The notes under the pieces were generated by a model. It ran no database searches. It was not told where the DNA came from and saw nothing but the letters and a program-made list of their open reading frames with translations. From contig CM119268.1 of the NCBI GenBank assembly GCA_051294375.1, positions 11,195,710 through 11,259,709 on the forward strand: DNA of 64,000 nucleotides. Direction: 5' to 3'. Below, one piece after another: positions 49,302 through 64,000 of this stretch (its first letter is position 1; every line of letters begins with the position of its first letter). The position numbers were made by a program, and so were the translations under genes. The DNA is from Paraspadella gotoi. Its lineage: Eukaryota > Animalia > Chaetognatha.

Positions 49302-51197
49302 TCAGAGTCCGAAAAACTTGAGACTCCTATCCATGGAAGTGGACGCCAAAAAGGAGGCGTGTTTTCCAAACCTCGCCGCAGTAGCCATCGCAGTGTGGTC
49401 GTTGAAGGAGCAGAGACACTCCCACTGTTTGACGAGGTAAACCCTGACGTCGGTACCCGCCACCGCTAGGTACGTTCCCGATTGGTCGAAGGAGAGGCAC
49501 TTCACCTCAAACCCATCGTCCAGGTTAATGGTCTTGAAGTTCCTCAGCTTGCGCAGATCCCATAGCTTCACCGAGGCGTCGTCGGCCGAGGTGGCCAGGT
49601 AATAACCATTCTCAGAGAAAGCCATCGACGAGATCGGGCCCGAGTGACCCGGGAAGTTGGCCACGTTGGTGCGGTCCTTCAGATCCCAGATACGAATCTC
49701 GGAATCCTGAGTGCCCGTGCCGAAGATGAGACCGTCTGGGTGGAACTGGGCGCAGGTAAGCCCGGCGCCCGACGTGTCGCCCACCTTCACAACAACGCTG
49801 CCCGTCTTGATGTCGGAGAAAGCCCAATGAGTGTCCGAAGAGCAGGAAAGCAAGTAGTCGCCGGTGGCGTGGAGCGAGAGACCAGTTACGGCGCCCTCGT
49901 GCGCGCGGACGATCTGCAGCGACTGGGCGGTGGTCACGTGCCAGGTGCGGACGGTCGTGTCCGGCGACGCGGTGAAGACAAACTCCTCTGTTGGGTGAAA
50001 GATGACGTCGGTGACGCGCTTGGAGTGACCCTTGAGGAGAGCCACCACCTGGGGAAAAGGTAAAAAGTAACGTGAAGACAGTATTAATTTTGTTTTATAT
50101 TTCAATCCTACTAACCTGCTCCGTTTCCTTGTTAAAAACGACGGCATTCTTGTCATTGCCTCCCGTAAGAATCTTGTTGGTGTCCGCAGCCTGGACGTCC
50201 ATGCACAGAATGCCCGGTACGCTTGCACTGTGGAGTCCGACGTGGGACGACTGCGTACGGTAGTTGCGCACGAGGTCGGAGCCGACGAGCTCGTCGGGCA
50301 CCTTCTTGCCTCGTTGTTTCCTCAGCGACGTCAGAGTTGCAGCCTTTTCTTGCAGCTTCTGCAAAATCTCTTCCGTCATTCCGATCTCCTTTTGCGGTCC
50401 GTCCGTCGGCGCCATTGCCGCCGCCTCGGGCGCCGCTGGCGCCGGGTGCGAGGGCGTGGCAGACGGAGTTGCTGGAATATTGGCGGCAGCTTGGGGCTTG
50501 AGAGTGGCGAGAGCCTCGCGAGCCGCCGTTACCTCCTTTGTGAGTCGGGCGATGACGCGGCACGCTGCGTCGTGCTGGTAAAGGGCGTGAGATAATTCCT
50601 GCCGAGCCGTCTGTAGCTGCTGGCGTAGGGTGAAGGAGTGAAGCATCACTGCGTCCCATTCGTCCTGAAAATATGGGAAGTTAGAAAATAAAAACCTGAA
50701 CGACGATAACGTACGTAAAAAACTTACAAACAACCAAATCGCAACGAACCTGCAGAGATTTTAGAATGGCCGGGATTGATGTCGCCGAGGGCGGTCTGGG
50801 TTTAGCCAAAGGCGTTGTTTTTACTTCGATGAGGTCGTCGACGGCGAGCTTCTCTCCGTTGATAGGGTCAGTGCCGTTCTCGCCGATGTATTTTTCAATC
50901 AAGCGTCGGTCGTAGATGCATCCCGACACGGGCGAGATCACTGGCGTCTCCGGAACCTAGCGGGAGATAGTCAATGAAAAATTTGTATTGGTTACAAACA
51001 ATTTTTATAAAAATATATGCCACGTTAGAAAATAGTTTGAAAAAAAATCGTAGACTGTCTTTAAAATCAATATAGCGAGATTTATTGATTAATCCAATTT
51101 ATTTTATTAAGTACATGCCTAGTTAAATATGCAGAATTGTGAATCAATCCTCAAATCATCAACTTACCTCGTTGCTGATGGCGCAGCACAAAGCCAT
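49302..51197 (-). CDS. PRPF19: Pre-mRNA-processing factor 19 (U-box, coiled coil, WD40)
   Basis: [10 protein letters not shown]|[83 protein letters not shown]. Confidence 0.97.
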
Positions 51198-51703
51198 TTC
51201 GTTATATCAGTTTAAACAAAAAACGACACTAGAGTCAAACGAGTTTTGTTTTTCGGCGGTTAAACTTTTTGCGATTCTGAAAAAGGAATGATTCGATGCG
51301 AAAAAAACAAAAGGAGGCGGAGATCGAATTTCTGAGTCCTGAAATCCGAGATCGCGAGGGGAGGAGAGGATAGGTGGGGATGGATAAAGGATATGAGGAG
51401 AGAGGGGGAGAACGGGACAGAGAAAAGGCTCGAGAGAAATGCGAAAAGGAACGAGGAAAAATGATCAAGAGCCGACGACGCGTCTCATTTACTGGAGAGT
51501 TAAGAAAACAACGACTCCTCTCACCGCGTCTCTCCTCCTTGACTAGCGGGTCATCCGAACCTTGGATGACCCCTCACTCTTCTTTAAGTCTACGAACATT
51601 CTGGTTTAATCTATGAACTGGTAATTAAGCTACAAAATATAACAACGAAAGATTACGAACGAAAAAAAAAAAAAAAAATAGAAAAGTTTATGGGGCCGCG
51701 TCG

Positions 51704-52317
51704 TCAAGTCCTGGACCTTTGAGACCTGGCCTTCTTTTTCTTCTCCTTGGGTTTCTCGCGCTTCTTGAGGCCTTCCATGTTGCCTTTGAGGACGCTGCTG
51801 TAAGCCGGGACGAACTTGTTGATTTCCCTCGAGGAGATGACAGTGGAGATCTTTTTCGTAGCCAGAGAAGCGCGAAGAAGGCATTTGTATTCACCGGTAA
51901 ACGATTCTGCTGAGGATGAGGCTGCGGCGGGGGCCGGGGCCCCACCGACCGCTCCTTGAGCTGCTTGTGCGGCCGCTGGGCCTTTCTTTTTTCTGTAAAC
52001 AGGTGGTGGTGAAATGGAGTCAGGGGAAATTTGGGAATGTGAAGTAAATTGGTTATTGAGCTCGAAGAAAGAATTCAATCGAGGAAGATTCAAAAAACAA
52101 AATTTACTAATTACTACTGGAATTTAACATTAAGTTTAGTGCTATTTTTTTTTACGGAAACCAAGAAGGGGGCTCACTTCATTTTCCTGGGTCTGGGTTT
52201 GGTTCGTCCGTCGTACTTCTTCATGGTCATGTAGACTGAGCCCGTACCCTTGTCTTTGGAACGGTTAAACATCTTGGTCAACTCGCTCAGAAACTGTTCG
52301 GAGTCCAACAGCACCAT
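51704..52317 (-). CDS. SRP14: Signal recognition particle 14 kDa protein
   Basis: MVLLDSEQFLSELTKMF...GSVYMTMKKYDGRTKP; KCLLRA...KKISTVI...NMEGLKKR. Confidence 0.95.
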
Positions 52318-53660
52318 CGCGAGACCTTTTTAGATTATTAACTGTTTGTCGAAATAAATATTCTCTGGTCATTAGCTAGCGATCTGGAAATAGAGAGAAA
52401 AAACATGGGGTCCAAAAAAAATTTGGGGTGAGCTATATTCTGTATATTTGTAACAGTAAGAGTTTTTCTCAAAGAAACTATAAGGATATTTATAATGGAG
52501 ATAGCCGACAATAAAAACAACAAAAGCTGTGCCCCTTGTTTGTCGAAAAATATATTTTCTATTTGTGAATAAAAACCAAGAAAATGGCAAAAGGCAAATA
52601 AGAAAATCAAGCTGAGTGAAGAAAACTCGACGTGATGACGAGAAATATTGCGATGAATGGCTGATAAATGAAATGGTAAAAAGAATTGAAGGAAGGGGGG
52701 GGGAAGAAAAGACGGGGAAGGGGACAACAAAGGTTGAAGATGAACAAAATCTCTGATAGGCGAAAATGCCAGCAATGAACTATGAACAGAAACGTAATTG
52801 ACACGGTCACCAAAACAAGAATGCCACTGTCGCCAAGGGGGATACCAACGATCGCTTCTGACTCACTCTCGCGTCTTTTTCGAAAGAAAAAAATATTACT
52901 AAAAAACCACGAGGGCTGTGGCTTAAATGAGCAATCACACCAAGCCCAAATATGTAGCCAATCTTTAAGATGTATCATAAATAAGTCTGAAAAACGCTTT
53001 GGCGTCTACTACTTTTACTAATAACTAAACTTATAACGCAAATAATAAAGACTACTATGGATGGCTCTGAGCCTAATACTTTTGTTTGAATTTTGACGGT
53101 TTAATAAGTTAATAGGATCATTAAGAATTTGTCACGGTATCATGGAGACAGTGACAAGGCTTCATTGAGTACTAATATTAAATCTAAAGTATTTCTAAAA
53201 TCGAAAAAACCAAGAGAATTCTAGAAGCAGGTTAAAAACGAACAAAAATCACAGCTAAAATGTAATAAAAATCGAATTAAGGATATAATCCGCCGATATA
53301 AAATAAATGTCTAATATCACGCAACTACGAAGGGAATGAATTTTTCTACGTAAACACATAATCATGCTTTTTTTATATCATCGTTCCAAATTCAAACGAC
53401 ATTTTTCATAAAACAACTTATAAAAACATTCGAATTACCAAAGTCATGATAAAAAGTCACAGCAAGAAATGTAGAAAGTATCATGAAAGGGATTAAAACG
53501 CCCCATATTTTTTTTCTTTACAAGCGCCCGAATTTGTGTTCGAACATGAACTACGTCGTGATCGTCTTTCCGAACGTAGTTTCGGAGACGAGCTCGCGAG
53601 GATCACACAGTGACAGCCCAGTGAACATTTTTTGTCCTTCATTCCGCTGTCTTTTGTTTT

Positions 53661-58407
<4,747 letters not shown>

Positions 58408-59214
58408 TTTCGTCTTCTTTTTCACCCGTAGGGAGAGAATGGATATGCGGTGGCCGAGAAAACCTGTATTGTAATTTCAAAGCGAAAGCTCATATAGATT
58501 ACTTATTAGTTATGAAATTACCAGTCGGCCTTTTTTGATGGTAATCTCGATGGATTGCGACGACATTGAGAATTGCGGCAAGATGAGGTGCGGAAGTATC
58601 AATTTTTATACATTTTATTTCCCGGTTTTGGCTTTACGTCACAAAAAGGGTGTTGAATGCTGATTGCGAAAAGTTAAATTGAAAGCTAATGAAAGAGAAG
58701 CGTACGACGGGACGAGGTAAGTACAACGCGGTGGTGGGATGTTTTAACGGATGAAGGTCATCCGCATCTTTTAACCTGGCGAATCGCTTTCACTGTTTTT
58801 TTCTCGTTAGACACTTTAACCCCCTCCCTTTTTTTCTAAACGGCATCCGGCCGCGGGAAGGGGCTAACTAACCTCTTATTGGTTTTTTTTTTAAATCTGG
58901 AATGAGAACGAATCGGCATTTCAAAATCTACTGCGCGTAAACGAGTAGCGAGACAAAAAAAAGTAATTGAGCTAGTGTTAACACGGATATGACATCAGTT
59001 CTGTAAAAACCACTTGATAAAATCCCACTGTCTTAAGGTTTATGAAAAGTCTTCAAAAACAATGAAATAATTCCGAGAAAGGCCCCATTCTGTCCTGCGA
59101 CGTAACGAAATTATGGCGTTGATCGAGATCTAAAATTAAAGAGAATAATCTCATATTGGACAAAAAATTTCAGGCGATTAAAATCCTTCGTCAAATTCTT
59201 AACTTACCGGCCGA

Positions 59215-62114
<2,900 letters not shown>

Positions 62115-62556
62115 TCTTTAACGTCGGCAAAGATGGAAGCCTTGGAAGTCAATTTTTCTATTTAGCAATTTTGTTTTTTAATGTAAATCAAATCTGGAAG
62201 TTAGACGTGAGAGTTATAAGTCGATCTTGGCAAAAATAAAAAAAAATATTCCCCGAGAGAAACAAAATATGTTTAGGTTCAACATTCAACAACGTGCAAT
62301 GTTAAAAATAATTGATATTAGAGCCAAATTCTGGAATGTTTTGATATTAGTACATGAGAGTATCACAGCAATGCGTGGAGACATGTATGAACAAGTAAGC
62401 GTTCATTCACGAGAAAGGGGCACAGAGTGAGATTAGCCGATAACAGAATTAGTTTAATTACTGAAGAAAAACACAAAGAGAGATTTAGGAAGAGAAACAC
62501 TGCATTATTCACGGTACGCGCAGGAATTTTGAAGACTCGTCCGGCGTCATTTGCCT

Positions 62557-62785
62557 TTAGAGAGGGTCCATTTCCAAGGTTTGGTCCCTCTCGTGTTGCG
62601 CAACGCGAGAGAGATACTGAGTCTCCCAGCGAAGGGCCAGTCGAGAAGGTCCGCTGCCCATGACGCAACAGAACTGCAGCAGGTTATAGCAGAGACCCGC
62701 GTCAAAAGGTTCCAGGTCATCTTCCAGCTCGGCCAAATAAGTGATGCGGTGGCGAGAAGTCATCTCCCACGTAGTAGCATTCACG
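62557..62785 (-). CDS. ZDHHC12: Last exon of a DHHC palmitoyltransferase (ZDHHC12-like)
   Basis: NATTWEMTSRHRITYL...EPFDAGLCYNLLQFCC matches the TTxE and (N)PFDxG..NL C-terminal motifs; AG acceptor at 62786-62787. Confidence 0.75.
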
Positions 62786-64000
62786 CTGAGAAGAAAAAAA
62801 AGGGAAAAATTCTATTTTCGAGAAGAGTCACTCGTTTCTCCGAAAAAATTTGAAATTAAACAAGTTGGAGTAAACAATACCGGATCTGCTTACGATCATT
62901 TAGCGGTAATTAAATCTTGAATGATTGTTGACTGTTTAATCGATTGACTAAATCATTAATGGGGATGGATTGATAGATTTATTGATTATCGTTGAGGTCG
63001 TTATAGATGTTATAATTGTTGTAATATTTATTTTTGCTGCATGTATATACAATTTATACATTTCTTACGTAAAAAAGGAAAAAAAATCTTAAAGTATAGT
63101 GATCTCGCCAGACGTTACTTTCAAAGAAAATTAATGAAAAAATAAAAAAAAAATGAATGATTGATGCGATAATTATTGATATAATAATAAAAAACAAACA
63201 AATGAATGGAGGAATATGAAACATAACAATTTAAAAGACCTCAATGATGGGAAGCCATATCTAAACTTGTAGTTTCCTATAGTTACACACTTAAGCTATT
63301 TTCAATCTTAAAACAGCGTGACGATAGGGTGTTTCACCCAAATTTGAAAAGTTTTCAGATCTTCATTTACATCTAGGAAAATATGTTGGGAGGTAAAAAA
63401 ATAAGATTGTACTACTTTTTGTCAAAATTGATTCAACACCCTTAGTGCTACCCTCGCCTAAAGGATAAAAAAGCACACCTTGGGCACATTTTCGTCAATT
63501 GACTGAATCCTAGTGAGCCAATCCACGTCCAAAGGATCTTATTAATTGCCCCACCTTCTAAGGATGATGCAGTAAAAATTTCAGCTTTCTATCATTACGA
63601 AGGCTCACACTACAGCAGTTACTGTGTGATGGAGTATAGAGAACAGAAGGCTTTAAACATTTAAACTCAAAATAAAATCATTTCTCTTCAGATCTAATAT
63701 TTTTTTTATATAATATCATACTAGTAGGAGCCAAGTGTCCTATTTTTTAAAAGGTGTGCCCACATCCTGGTGGATACTTCCTGTACAAAATAATAAAAAC
63801 ATATATCACATTATATATCACTTACTTTTTCAACAGTTTTTAAATCTACAGTGTTAATTGTGACATAGTAATTAGTAGTCGTCTTGCAACAGTTCAATGG
63901 ACCCTTAAAATTATCATGTCTAGATTAATATTGAAAACATGGACAAGTAGTGAGATCAGTTAGGGTAGAATAGCATCATTAATTTTTCATAAAATTAAAG

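Overview
Compact, intron-rich animal genomic DNA (likely a protostome invertebrate, judging by the EFA6 MTED-like motif), with GC-rich exons and short AT-rich introns. Left half (1-34.3 kb): the 5' part of an axonemal dynein heavy chain gene (DNAH2-like, minus strand). Its introns host an intronless heat-inducible Hsp70, a CmcJ/NvfI(AsaB)-type oxygenase, a BTB-UBL-UBL-F5/8C gene, an unidentified gene and several mobile elements. 2.45-18.3 kb is a noisy ~7.3 kb inverted duplication next to a 25-N gap that looks like an assembly artefact splitting a single Hsp70. Right half: a stand-alone APE-type endonuclease ORF, then nine co-directional minus-strand genes (Homer, NAE1, GPN3, C2H2-ZF, PRPF19, SRP14, PSD/EFA6, ATP5F1B, ZDHHC12 3' end). 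Most notable: two divergent tRNA-headed SINE-like elements (19.24 kb and 37.69 kb), each followed by a circularly permuted type-P5 twister-ribozyme fold with compensatory pseudoknot changes and a minimal palindromic P1. There is also a Penelope-type minimal hammerhead ribozyme at 0.65 kb. All calls are by eye; no searches were run.
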